DNA of 64,000 nt from an uncultured delta proteobacterium (lineage in GTDB: Bacteria > Desulfobacterota > Zymogenia > Zymogenales > Zymogenaceae): positions 64,001-128,000 of the forward strand of contig CAWBYW010000007.1 in assembly GCA_963792965.1 (NCBI GenBank), read 5' to 3'. Within the stretch, counting starts at the first letter, position 1. Each line of letters starts with the position of its first letter. Shown one piece after another: positions 20,562 through 30,463 of the stretch. Made by a program: the position numbers and the translations under genes. The notes beneath the pieces are model-generated. The model did no database searches. It was not told the origin of the DNA and was given only the letters and a program-made list of their open reading frames with translations.

Positions 20562-20783
20562 ATGTTTGATTTGGGAGCTCCGGAGCTTATCCTTATTTTG
20601 GTAATAGCTCTTGTGGTCTTTGGAGGCAAGCGAATTCCGGAGATCGGGGAATCGCTCGGCAAGGGAATCAGGAACTTTAAGAAGGGCCTTCAGAGCATCG
20701 ACGAGGATGACAAGATCAAAGAGATTGCGGGCCCGTATGAAGCGAAAGAAGAGGCCTCGCGTCCTGCGGACGAAGGGAAGTAA
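20562..20783 (+). CDS. tatA: Twin-arginine translocase TatA/TatE subunit
   Basis: ELILILVIALVVFGGKRIPEIGESLGKGIRNFKK. Confidence 0.95.
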   Translation: MFDLGAPELILILVIALVVFGGKRIPEIGESLGKGIRNFKKGLQSIDEDDKIKEIAGPYEAKEEASRPADEGK

Positions 20784-21138
20784 GTCCACGGCGCGGCGTT
20801 CTTAGATACGGCTCTTACCTTTCCCGAACTTAAGTAGGATCGGACCTGAATTTAGGTTCTTGAGGTTCCAAGGTGAAGGTTTTTCTCAAGGTCTACCTTT
20901 CTATGGGTTTTGGTGCTCCTGAGCTTTCTTACGTCGATTGTGCAGCATAGTCTTTCGGATACGGTTCTCGATATCTAATATCACTACGTCTTTCTCCCGC
21001 CGTCTTCTGTTCACCACCGCGAATGCCGCCGCCTGGATTGAAAGGTGGCCTGGCAAAGCCCGACCCGACATCACACTCAGGAACGAATTTCCCCCCGAGA
21101 CCGACTTCAAAACAGAAGTCCGCTGAGTGACCACAGGC

Positions 21139-22422
21139 CTATTCAACAAAAGAGTGTTTCAGATTCATGACGTCTCGGTAGGGGACCACCCCGAGCAGGT
21201 GATCGGTCTCGTCCATGATCGGCAGGGCGCGCAGGCCGTATCGGGTAAAGGTCAGGGAGGCTTCTTTCAGGGTGCTTTCCGGGTCCAGGCTGATGATATT
21301 CTCGACCATGACATCCCGTACGGAGAGATCGGGGTCAGATTCAATAAGCTCCTTGAAATCGATGATCCCGAGCAATTTACCGGTATCGTCCAGGACGTAG
21401 AGGTACATGATTACGTCCTTGCCCTTGGCCAGGGCGTAGAATTCCTGCTGGACGGCGCCGATCGTCGTGTCCGGCGGGATCTTGATGTAGCCGGATACCG
21501 CATAGTTAATGATCTTTTCCTCCTGTCTTTTCAGGATCGCCCGGATCTTCTCGGCCTTTTCCGTTTCTATCAGCTCAAGAAGCGTGTTTGTCTCATACCA
21601 CGGGAGGACCGCCAACGTGTCCGCGGCCTGGCCCGGCGTCATTTCGTCTATCAGCTTGGCCACCTCATCTTTTCTCAACGTCTCGATCAAGTCCCGTTGC
21701 ACATGAGGGTCCAGCTCTTCCAGTGTGTCGGATGCGTGCTCGGTATCCAGCTGGTTAAATACCGCCACCCGTTGGTCGTGCTCGAGCTCTTCGAGGATAT
21801 CGGCCATATCGACGGGGTGAATGTCGGCTACTTTTTCCTTCAGGATGTTGAGCCGCACGTCGCCCCTGAAGCTGCTGATGTGGGACGGCAGCGGTTGAAT
21901 GTAATTCCAGGAAATCGTCTGCTCCCTGACTTTTTCGGCCAGCTTGTATATAAAATCGGCCAGACGCTTGAGGCCTATCCGCCTCAACAGGCCGTAGCTG
22001 CTCAGATCCACATCCGTCACGTAAAGCTTGCCGCTCCTCTGGATAAGCTTTATGTCGTATACTACCTCAACTTCCCGGCCCTCCATGTCGAGGACCTTCT
22101 TGTCCATGATATGGTCTTTGAGCAGGACCATCCCCTTCTGAGGCTGTCCTTCATAGTTTTCCAGTCGCTCGTTATAGAGGTCCAGATTAATGATGACCTC
22201 CCCGACGCTCATGGATTTAACCTTCGCCCAGGGTATCAGGAGCGACGGGTCTCCGAACGGGCGGGTCACCAGAATATGGGTGACTTCCGGGAAATTACCG
22301 TTTTCCTTGATGACGATATCGGTCATCCTGCCTATTTTCCTCGAAAAGAGCATGACCTTCGCGTTGGTCATTTGGCTGAGGAAAAAGACCTGTTCTTGAG
22401 GTTTCTTATTTCTCGTTTCCAT
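21139..22422 (-). CDS. Soluble PRC-barrel + MgtE N-terminal + CBS domain protein
   Basis: DHIMDKKVLDMEGREVEVVYDI, IHPVDMADILEEL, CBS pair; no transmembrane segment. Confidence 0.85.
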   Translation of the reverse strand: METRNKKPQEQVFFLSQMTNAKVMLFSRKIGRMTDIVIKENGNFPEVTHILVTRPFGDPSLLIPWAKVKSMSVGEVIINLDLYNERLENYEGQPQKGMVLLKDHIMDKKVLDMEGREVEVVYDIKLIQRSGKLYVTDVDLSSYGLLRRIGLKRLADFIYKLAEKVREQTISWNYIQPLPSHISSFRGDVRLNILKEKVADIHPVDMADILEELEHDQRVAVFNQLDTEHASDTLEELDPHVQRDLIETLRKDEVAKLIDEMTPGQAADTLAVLPWYETNTLLELIETEKAEKIRAILKRQEEKIINYAVSGYIKIPPDTTIGAVQQEFYALAKGKDVIMYLYVLDDTGKLLGIIDFKELIESDPDLSVRDVMVENIISLDPESTLKEASLTFTRYGLRALPIMDETDHLLGVVPYRDVMNLKHSFVE

Positions 22423-22434
22423 TTTTCAACCAGC

Positions 22435-22647
22435 CTATCTCAGCAGGGTAAAGAATTTATAAAAGAGTATCCCCATGAGTAGCAAGAGATACACCCGCAG
22501 AAAGAAGAGCGAAAGCTTGGCGAAGGGCGTCATCGTGATGCGCGGCTTGGCATACCTCCTGTTGATTTCGAGTATCCGGTCGAAGAAATGGTTCTTTAAA
22601 AAAAGATAGAGGGGATTTTCGAGCAAATATTTCAGAATTCTTCTCAC
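22435..22647 (-). CDS. Small single-pass membrane protein
   Basis: 70 aa with GTG start and GGGAG RBS, C-terminal hydrophobic helix, tightly packed between two same-strand genes. Confidence 0.7.
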   Translation of the reverse strand: MRRILKYLLENPLYLFLKNHFFDRILEINRRYAKPRITMTPFAKLSLFFLRVYLLLLMGILFYKFFTLLR

Positions 22648-22661
22648 GGCCGGGCTCCCTA

Positions 22662-23930
22662 TTAAAATAATCCCGGAAACAGCGCGCTTATCCCATACAG
22701 TGTCGACAGGACGATGATCGTGACGACGATGAAAAGATTAATGATATTCTGTGCAAGCGTGTTTTTGAACTGGCCCATGATCTCCTCATTGTTCAAAAGG
22801 AGGAGCAGAAAGACGAGCGCGGCGGGCAGGAGGGTCACGGCGATCACCTGGACGAAGAGGGTGATCAGGACCAGCGGCGCCTTCGGGATGAGGACGACGA
22901 TGCCCGCCGTGATCAATGTCAAGGCGTAGAAAACGTAAAACCAGGGCGCCTCCCTGATCCTGTTGTTTAGGGAGTGCGCCCATCCGAAGACTTCCCCGAA
23001 CGCCCATGAGCTGGCCAGCGAAATGCAAATGGCGCCCAGGAAACCCGCGTCAAACAGGCCGATGGTCAGAAACGTTCCGAGGTACTTATCATGTTCTTCC
23101 AGAAGTATCTTGCACGCCTGTGCGGCGCTGTCGATTTCTATCCCCCTCAGGACGGTTCCGGTGACCACGACGATAAAAACGGCCACCACCACCGTGAAGA
23201 TCGAACCGATAAGGGTATCGAGCTTTCCGAGACGAATATCCTTTTCGCCCATGCCCTTATCAACCACCGCGCTCTGCTGGAAGAAAATCATCCAGGGGGC
23301 GATAGTGGTGCCGATGTTCGCCATCAGGAAGAAGAACATCTCGTTTGAAAATCCGCCGGGGAATCGGGGAATCATTCCCTGGCGAAAGACCTCGGAGACC
23401 GAGGGATGTACGATAAACGCGCTCGGTATATAGATGAGGTTCAACGCGCAAAAGAGGAAAGCGATCTTTTCCCACGTCCAGTACCGCCCTTGAAGCACCA
23501 TTATCGCCATGATGATAGAAACGACCGCTATCGTGACGACTGGAGGAACGCCGAATATGCTCAGCGCGGCCGTCATGCCGACAAATTCCGTAACGAGGGT
23601 CAGCCAGTTGACGAGGATGAGGTCCAGAAGAGTAAACCAGCCCCAGAACGATCCGAAGGCGTCAAAGATCGCCTCGGCGAAGCCCCGCTTTGTCACCGCC
23701 CCGAGGCGCACCGTCATTTCCTGCACGAAGTAGGCGACGGGAAGCAAAAGGAGCAGGAACCAAATCAGGTCATAACCGTATTTTGCCCCCGTGGCGCTGT
23801 AGGTCGTGATACCGCCGGCGTCGTTATCGGCCAGCATCACGATGATACCGGGGCCTGAAATGAGCAGGAACAATCTGATCGATTTGATGAATCTACGATA
23901 GTTGTAGAATAATCTTGCCCAGAAATTCAT
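22662..23930 (-). CDS. NRAMP-related divalent cation (probable Mg2+) transporter
   Basis: GPGII...ADNDAGG (in place of DPGN), QEMTVRLG, GTTIAPW; many TM segments. Confidence 0.88.
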   Translation of the reverse strand: MNFWARLFYNYRRFIKSIRLFLLISGPGIIVMLADNDAGGITTYSATGAKYGYDLIWFLLLLLPVAYFVQEMTVRLGAVTKRGFAEAIFDAFGSFWGWFTLLDLILVNWLTLVTEFVGMTAALSIFGVPPVVTIAVVSIIMAIMVLQGRYWTWEKIAFLFCALNLIYIPSAFIVHPSVSEVFRQGMIPRFPGGFSNEMFFFLMANIGTTIAPWMIFFQQSAVVDKGMGEKDIRLGKLDTLIGSIFTVVVAVFIVVVTGTVLRGIEIDSAAQACKILLEEHDKYLGTFLTIGLFDAGFLGAICISLASSWAFGEVFGWAHSLNNRIREAPWFYVFYALTLITAGIVVLIPKAPLVLITLFVQVIAVTLLPAALVFLLLLLNNEEIMGQFKNTLAQNIINLFIVVTIIVLSTLYGISALFPGLF

Positions 23931-24271
23931 ATGCTGCGAGACACCGATAGAAAGTTTTGATTTAGGACATTCCGCACCGGCCGAAGTGCGCCGGCCGGCC
24001 TTCCCGGTCACGACACATTTCTATAACTCTATCACAAAAACAACCATTGTCAATTCAGAAAAACTCACTGATATCAGATGATTACGGACTTCCGCGTCTG
24101 AGGAATCGCCATGAACCCGACAGACAGCCGTCGTTACCTATAAAACGGGTAATGAAAGGCAGAAAAAACGTTCCGGCGGGGTGGCAGGCAATTGACATTT
24201 ATAAAGGTCTGGGATATTATATTAAAATATCGAAGAAAAGAGATAAAAATAGGCTTGACAGGAGGGCTGAA

Positions 24272-24769
24272 ATGAAAAGACCGTCTGTGCCGTTTTGTCT
24301 CATTGTCGCGTTCTTCTTTTGCCTCACGTTCGGGGCATATGCAGCTACCGAAAAACCTACCACCGATAGCGACACCGGTAAACAGCAGCTGGAAGCCAAC
24401 AAGAAGCTCGTGCTTGAATTCTATGATCTGGCGTTCAATAAGAAAGACCTGAGCAGCGTCGACAAATACCTCGATGAGAACTACATTCAGCACAACCCCC
24501 AATTTCTCACCGGCAGGGCCGGTTTTGTGAAAGGGGTTACGGACTTGCTGAAACAGTACCCGAACTGGAAAACCAGCTTCAAACGGGTTATCGCTGAGGG
24601 TGACCTTGTCGTTGTTCATTGCTGGGCCCAGCCTGACTCGACCAATCCAAAGGATAGGGGGCTGGCCATCATCGATATCTTCCGGATCGACAACGGGAAG
24701 GTCATGGAGCATTGGGACGTCATCGAACCGGTACCAGAAAAATCCGCCAACGATAATACGATGTTCTGA
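24272..24769 (+). CDS. Exported SnoaL-like/NTF2-fold protein
   Basis: Signal peptide ending AYA; YIQHNP, RVIAEGDLVVVH, DIFRIDNGKVMEHWD; GGAGG RBS. Confidence 0.88.
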   Translation: MKRPSVPFCLIVAFFFCLTFGAYAATEKPTTDSDTGKQQLEANKKLVLEFYDLAFNKKDLSSVDKYLDENYIQHNPQFLTGRAGFVKGVTDLLKQYPNWKTSFKRVIAEGDLVVVHCWAQPDSTNPKDRGLAIIDIFRIDNGKVMEHWDVIEPVPEKSANDNTMF

Positions 24770-25127
24770 GTGCCGGCATACGACGATCGGCCGTATGGGG
24801 TGAGGGTCCCAAAGAAGGGAGCATGCCCGCTGGAACGCGTGTATCATGGTGGGAGGCCCAAGCGTCGGAAGACGGATGTGGCTCGCTGCCGTTTTTTAGA
24901 GGGCGCCGCAACGCATATCGCCTGAATCGTATCCCTCTCTCGATAGTGACAAGCAGACGCTCGGCCGGCCAGACCGGCTATGGGTCGGGTAAGCGATTGG
25001 GACACGGCGCTCTATCGTCAACGGGTGCCGGCCTGTGATCGTCGTCGCCAAGCGCGGAGATTTGTGGACAAAGGGGCCACGGCGGGGCCGAGATTCGTTC
25101 AAAACAGAGGGACAGAAGGAGGTGTCT

Positions 25128-25598
25128 ATGATCTCATTGAATGTGAACGGGAAAAAGTACACAGTGGATGTTGATCCTAAGATGCCGCTCCTTTGGGTGG
25201 TCAGGGAGACGCTCGGACTCATGGGCACAAAGTATGGCTGCGGAATGGGAGTCTGCGGCGCGTGCACCGTCATCATCGATGGAAACGCGGTTCGCTCGTG
25301 CATCACGCCGGTTTCAACGGCAGCCGAAAAGGAGATCATAACGATCGAGGGTATCTCGGGCGAGGTGGGCCATCCTGTCCAGCGGGCTTGGATCGCGGAA
25401 GATGTGCCGCAGTGCGGCTATTGCCAGTCCGGCCAGATCATGCAGGCCGCGGCGCTGCTGGGGAAAAATCCAAAGCCGACCGACGTCGATATAGACAGGG
25501 CGATGTCAGGCAACATCTGTCGGTGCGGCACCTATCAGAGGATTCGCAAGGCCATTCATACGGCATCCGAGATCATGGCCGAGGGAGGTAAGAAATGA
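25128..25598 (+). CDS. Isoquinoline 1-oxidoreductase alpha-like 2x[2Fe-2S] subunit
   Basis: [31 protein letters not shown]; AGGAGG RBS. Confidence 0.93.
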   Translation: MISLNVNGKKYTVDVDPKMPLLWVVRETLGLMGTKYGCGMGVCGACTVIIDGNAVRSCITPVSTAAEKEIITIEGISGEVGHPVQRAWIAEDVPQCGYCQSGQIMQAAALLGKNPKPTDVDIDRAMSGNICRCGTYQRIRKAIHTASEIMAEGGKK

Positions 25599-27757
25599 GC
25601 GAGATTATCGATAAGGATCGCCGCGACTTTATCAAGGCGGGACTTGCGGTTGGAGGGGGGCTGATCATCGGCTTCCACCTTCCGCTCGGCGCTCCGGGCA
25701 GTGCGGCGGCCGCGACGACGCCGTCGTTTGCGCCGAATGCGTTTATCCGCGTAAACCGTGACGGGACGGTTACCTTCATCATCAATAAATCGGAGATGGG
25801 GCAGGGGGTCTACACGGCGCTTCCGATGCTCATCGCCGAGGAGCTTGAATGCGACTGGCGCTCGATACGAGTGGAGCCCGCGCCGGTAGAGCCCGCGTAC
25901 AACCATGCCCTCTGGGGGATGCAGTCTACGGGGGGGAGCACCAGCACGTGGACCGAATGGGACAGGCTGTCGAGGGCGGGAGCCGCCGCACGGATGATGC
26001 TGGTAGCTGCGGCCGCAAAAATATGGAAGGTAGACCCGGCGACGTGCCACGCCGAAAAAGGCCGGGTGATCCACGAGAGCGGCAAGTCGCTCGGCTACGG
26101 GGAGCTGGCCGACGAGGCCTCGACTATGACGATTCCCACGGATGTCCGGCTCAAAGATCCGAAGTCGGACAAAATCCTCGGTAAGCCGCTGTTGCGACTC
26201 GATAATCCCGTGAAGGTCAACGGGACGGCAAAGTTCGGTATCGACGTGACGTCACCCGACATGTTGACGGCCGTTATCGCACACCCGCCGGTTTTTGGCG
26301 GAAAGGTATCAAGCTTCAAGGCCGATAAGGCCAAAGCCGTACCGGGCGTGAAGGAGGTCGTGGAGGTGCCGTCGGGCGTGGCGGTCGTGGCAAACGGTTT
26401 CTGGGCGGCGAAACAGGGCCGCGAGGCCCTCGAGATCACGTGGGACGAGGGGAAATGGGCGGCGCTTTCAACTGAGGAAATGCGTGGGCAATACATGAAG
26501 CTTGCCGCAACTCCCGGCAGCGTCGCGCGGAAAGAGGGGGATATCGATAGTGCCCTGGCCAAGGCGACCAGACAACTCAGCGCGGAATACGAAGTACCGT
26601 ACCTTGCGCACGCGTGTATGGAGCCGCTCAATTGTTTTGTCGATCTCAAGAAGGACAGGTGCGAGATCTGGACGGGGACGCAGGCCCAGACAGGGGATCG
26701 AGACGCCGCCGCCAGGATAACGGGTCTGAGGCCGGATCAGGTCAGCCTTCACACCACGTTCCTCGGCGGGGGATTCGGTCGCAGGGCGAACCCCCAGTCC
26801 GATTTCGTGTCACAGTCGGTAGAGGTGGCCAAGGCCGTGAGGAAGCCGGTCAAGGTTATCTGGAGCCGTGAGGACGACATGAAGGCGGGATACTACCGGC
26901 CCATGTGGTACGACCGGCTGGCCGCGGGCCTCGATGGAGAGGGGAGGCTCACGGCGTGGCGGCACACGATCGTCGGACAGGCGATCCTTGCCAACACTCC
27001 GTTCGAGGGGGCGATGGTGAAGGACGGAATCGACGTGACCTCTGTCGAGGGGGCTCAGGATATCGCGTACGCGATACCAAATATTCTCGTCGATCTCCAC
27101 TCCCCGAGCTATCCCGTGACGGTTCTCTGGTGGCGGTCGGTGGGACATTCCCATACTTCATTTGTCGTCGAGAGTTTCATGGATGAGGTTGCCCACGCCG
27201 TGGGCAAGGACCCGTTCGAGTTTCGGCGCGCCCTTTTGAAGGATCAAGGGCGTCACCGGGGGGTGCTGGAGCTGGCCGCAAAGAAAGCGGGCTGGGGAGC
27301 GCCGCTTCCGGCCGGGCGCAGCCGGGGAATCGCCGTCCACGCGTCGTTCGGCAGCTTCGTCGCAGAGGTGGCCGAGGTCTCGGTCAGCCCGGAGGGGGAA
27401 GTGCGGGTCCATCGGGTCGTCTGCGCGGTTGACTGCGGCAGATTCGTGAATCCCAACATCATCGCTGAGCAAATGGAATCGGGCATCGTCTTCGGCCTGT
27501 CGGCGGCCCTTCATGGGGCGATCACCTTGAAAGACGGGCGCGTGGAGCAGAGTAATTTTAACAATTACCCGGTGCTGCGCATGAGCGAGATGCCGGTAGT
27601 GGAAGTCCATATTGTGCCGAGCACCGAGCATCCGGGAGGCATCGGAGAGCCGGGAGTCCCTCCCATCGCCCCGGCGGTCGCAAACGCGATCTTCGTGCTC
27701 ACGGGAAAGCGCATCCGCAGGCTGCCGATTCAGGCGGAGGATCTGAGGACGACGTAG
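25595..27757 (+). CDS. Isoquinoline 1-oxidoreductase beta-like molybdopterin subunit (xanthine oxidase family)
   Basis: Tat-like [36 protein letters not shown]. Confidence 0.93.
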   Translation: MSEIIDKDRRDFIKAGLAVGGGLIIGFHLPLGAPGSAAAATTPSFAPNAFIRVNRDGTVTFIINKSEMGQGVYTALPMLIAEELECDWRSIRVEPAPVEPAYNHALWGMQSTGGSTSTWTEWDRLSRAGAAARMMLVAAAAKIWKVDPATCHAEKGRVIHESGKSLGYGELADEASTMTIPTDVRLKDPKSDKILGKPLLRLDNPVKVNGTAKFGIDVTSPDMLTAVIAHPPVFGGKVSSFKADKAKAVPGVKEVVEVPSGVAVVANGFWAAKQGREALEITWDEGKWAALSTEEMRGQYMKLAATPGSVARKEGDIDSALAKATRQLSAEYEVPYLAHACMEPLNCFVDLKKDRCEIWTGTQAQTGDRDAAARITGLRPDQVSLHTTFLGGGFGRRANPQSDFVSQSVEVAKAVRKPVKVIWSREDDMKAGYYRPMWYDRLAAGLDGEGRLTAWRHTIVGQAILANTPFEGAMVKDGIDVTSVEGAQDIAYAIPNILVDLHSPSYPVTVLWWRSVGHSHTSFVVESFMDEVAHAVGKDPFEFRRALLKDQGRHRGVLELAAKKAGWGAPLPAGRSRGIAVHASFGSFVAEVAEVSVSPEGEVRVHRVVCAVDCGRFVNPNIIAEQMESGIVFGLSAALHGAITLKDGRVEQSNFNNYPVLRMSEMPVVEVHIVPSTEHPGGIGEPGVPPIAPAVANAIFVLTGKRIRRLPIQAEDLRTT

Positions 27758-27813
27758 GCGACCCGGAGCTTTGATTTCGACACGGGGACACGGGTTCACA
27801 GAAGGACGTATGT

Positions 27814-28656
27814 ATGGATATCTATGAGGAAATAACACGGCTCAAGAAAGACGGCAGGTCGTGCGCCCTGGCCACCATCGTCCAGTCTCATGGCTCATCG
27901 CCCCGAAAAGAGGGGACAAAGATGCTGGTGAGGGACGACGGCTCGACTGCGGGGACGCTCGGCGGCGGATGTATGGAACAGGGGGTAATCGAGCTCTCCC
28001 GCGAGGCGATGAAAGATGGATCGGCCCAGACTGTCGAGTTCAATCTGACCGGCAAGCACGGTACGCTCGCATGCGGAGGACAGCTGCTTGTTTTTATCGA
28101 GCCGATACTGCCCGATCCGCATCTCGTGGTCCTCGGCGCGGGGCATGTCGGAAAGGCGCTGGCCACCATCGCATGGTTTTCGGGTTTTCGGGTTACGGTC
28201 ATTGACGACCGGGATGAGTTTGCGAACAAGGACAATATACCGTATGCGCATGATATCGTCGTAAACGAATTCACCGAGCCGTTTTCAGGGATCACGGTGG
28301 GCCGCGATGCATACGTCGTTATCGCGACGAGGGGGCACGATCATGACCTCGATGCCCTCAAGGCGGTGCTGGCGGGGGAGGCCCGGTACGTGGGGCTCGT
28401 CGGCAGCAAGCATAAAAGGGCCGTCCTTTTCTCGTCTCTCAGGCAAGCCGGGTTCTCCGAGGCCGTTACCGGCAGGGTCACAACGCCTGCCGGCATCTCC
28501 ATCGGATCGGTGACACCCGAAGAGATCGCGATAAGTATTGTGGCGCAGATCATTGAGCAGAGGAGGAAAAATGCCTTACCCGATCTCGGCCATTCTTCTT
28601 GCGGCGGGATCGTCCAGAAGGATGGGGCGGCCAAAACAACTTCTCCCTCTCGGTGA
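27814..28656 (+). CDS. XdhC/CoxI family Moco maturation factor
   Basis: GSSPRKEG, GTLGGGCME, GAGHVG, ATRGHDHD, IGSVTPEEIAISIVAQ. Confidence 0.92.
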   Translation: MDIYEEITRLKKDGRSCALATIVQSHGSSPRKEGTKMLVRDDGSTAGTLGGGCMEQGVIELSREAMKDGSAQTVEFNLTGKHGTLACGGQLLVFIEPILPDPHLVVLGAGHVGKALATIAWFSGFRVTVIDDRDEFANKDNIPYAHDIVVNEFTEPFSGITVGRDAYVVIATRGHDHDLDALKAVLAGEARYVGLVGSKHKRAVLFSSLRQAGFSEAVTGRVTTPAGISIGSVTPEEIAISIVAQIIEQRRKNALPDLGHSSCGGIVQKDGAAKTTSPSR

Positions 28657-29230
28657 AGAGCCGGCGGTCGTCCACTGTCTGCGGAGTATAACAGGAGCGG
28701 GGATCGAAGATATCGTCGTCGTGGTCGGATCTGGAGGCGATGAGATATTGAAAGCGATCGATGCGTTCCCGGTGACCGCCGTGAGAAACGAGATCCCGGA
28801 GGCCGACATGGCCCGGTCTGTGAGGCTCGGGCTGGATAAGGTGGGCAACGGTGCTTTTAGCGTATTCGTCTGCCTGTGTGACCATCCGCTCGTCCGTCCG
28901 GAGACGCTGGTCGCTCTGAGCCTCTATCAGAGGGAGAGGCCGGATGCCATTGTCATCCCCTGTTATGGAGGACAAAAAGGACATCCGACGCTTTTCCCAC
29001 GCCTCTTTCTTGAGGAGATCGGGACCCTCCCCACGCTGCGTCACATCATAAGGCGGCACCGCGAGATGGTGAGCGTACTTGATGTCGATGACGAAGGAAC
29101 GGTGCTGGATATGGATACGTGGGAAGGAGTACCAGCGAATTCTGGAGCGCGTACGGGCCTCGAAGGGCCGATAGACATGTCTAGGGGAGCCGGCTTGAAG
29201 CCGGACGGAGCGGGAACATCCCTGTTTTGA
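28571..29230 (+). CDS. Molybdenum cofactor cytidylyltransferase MocA-like; C-terminus probably frameshifted
   Basis: ILLAAGSSRRMGRPKQLL, LCDHP, GHPTLF, DMDT; AGGAGG RBS; removing one G near 29126 gives DMDTWEEYQRILER and a stop at 29174. Confidence 0.85.
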   Translation: MPYPISAILLAAGSSRRMGRPKQLLPLGEEPAVVHCLRSITGAGIEDIVVVVGSGGDEILKAIDAFPVTAVRNEIPEADMARSVRLGLDKVGNGAFSVFVCLCDHPLVRPETLVALSLYQRERPDAIVIPCYGGQKGHPTLFPRLFLEEIGTLPTLRHIIRRHREMVSVLDVDDEGTVLDMDTWEGVPANSGARTGLEGPIDMSRGAGLKPDGAGTSLF

Positions 29231-29240
29231 GGAGGTTTCC

Positions 29241-30308
29241 ATGCACGAGAAATCCTCTGAAAAGCTCGCTACACGGTTAAAGAAGATTCCGGTGAAGGAG
29301 GCGGTAGGCACCGTGCTCGCCCACGACATCACCGAGATACGCCCCGGCAGGTTTGCGGGTCGGGCGTTTAAGAGGGGACATATCATCAGGGAAGAAGATT
29401 TGTGCCACATGCAGCGGCTCGGCAAGGAGCATCTCTTCATATTTGACGTGGCACCCGACGAGATGCACGAGGACGATGCCGCATACGAGTTGGCGCGTGC
29501 CCTCATGGGAAAGGGAGTCAGGATAAAAGGCGGGCCAAAGGAAGGGAAAATTCATATCGTCGCGGAACGTGATGGTCTCTTGAAGATAGAAAAGCGGGCG
29601 CTTTTGGACTTTAATATGCTCGGCGATGTCATGTGCGCGTCGCTCCACAATAATACGGTGGTGAGCAAAGGACAGATCGTCGCGGGAACGAGGGCGATTC
29701 CCCTTATCGTGAAAAAGGAGATCGTCGGGGCAGCACTTCGCATCGGCAAGAAAGCCGAGGGGATCGTTCAGGTCCACGAGATCAGGAAGCCGAAGGCGGG
29801 CGTGGTCATCACGGGCAACGAGATCTATTTCGGCAGGGTGCGAGACGCGTTTTCGGCGATCGTCACGGAGAAGATAGAGGCGCTCGGCGGCCGGATCGTC
29901 GGGATGTACCGCGCTCCCGATGATGAATCGGTGATCGAGAAAAGGCTGAGAGAGCTGATCTGTGCCGGGGCGGACCTATTGATTACGACAGGCGGAATGT
30001 CCGTCGATCCCGACGATGTGACACGATTTGCGATACGAAACCTTGGGGCCACCGACATCACCTACGGCTCTGCGGTCTTGCCGGGGGCGATGTTTCTTGC
30101 GGCGTATCTCGACGGCAGCCCGCCCATCCCTGTACTCGGCATCCCGGCCTGCGGCCTCTGGGCAAAGACAACGGTCTTTGACCTTGTCCTTCCGAGGATA
30201 CTGGCGGGCGAGAAGATAGGGAGAAAGGAGCTGGCCGAGCTCGGCCACGGAGGGTTGTGCTTGAAATGCGAGTCGTGCAACTATCCGGTCTGCCCGATGG
30301 GAAAGTAA
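29241..30308 (+). CDS. Molybdopterin-binding (MoeA-like) protein with C-terminal Cys cluster
   Basis: AVGTVLAHDITEI, TGGMSVDPDD, YGSAVLPGAMF, CLKCESCNYPVCPMGK. Confidence 0.88.
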   Translation: MHEKSSEKLATRLKKIPVKEAVGTVLAHDITEIRPGRFAGRAFKRGHIIREEDLCHMQRLGKEHLFIFDVAPDEMHEDDAAYELARALMGKGVRIKGGPKEGKIHIVAERDGLLKIEKRALLDFNMLGDVMCASLHNNTVVSKGQIVAGTRAIPLIVKKEIVGAALRIGKKAEGIVQVHEIRKPKAGVVITGNEIYFGRVRDAFSAIVTEKIEALGGRIVGMYRAPDDESVIEKRLRELICAGADLLITTGGMSVDPDDVTRFAIRNLGATDITYGSAVLPGAMFLAAYLDGSPPIPVLGIPACGLWAKTTVFDLVLPRILAGEKIGRKELAELGHGGLCLKCESCNYPVCPMGK

Positions 30309-30463
30309 GGAGTCGCTGAGCCCGAGGCGCTCCTGCATGGCGGGACACCTTCCCTGCAAGGAAGGTGACGCGCAGGTGACTTCTTTCGGGATGATCGGGT
30401 CGGCAACTTCACGTGGGCGGAACCATAAGATCCTACTCGGAGATAGTGCGTTGCATCCATGGC

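Noticed and set aside
20851-20895. Five closely spaced AGGT motifs
   Set aside because: Four-base motif with irregular spacing; not distinguishable from chance and not CRISPR-like.
20901-21149. Small basic minus-strand ORF downstream of the MgtE-N gene
   Set aside because: No recognisable motif and uncertain start; a short peptide cannot be excluded but is unsupported.
23931-24271. M-box (ykoK) riboswitch upstream of the NRAMP-related gene
   Set aside because: Conserved M-box segments were not visible on the minus strand; an Infernal search would settle it.
24770-25127. Moco riboswitch before the molybdoenzyme operon
   Set aside because: Expected conserved elements were not recognised.
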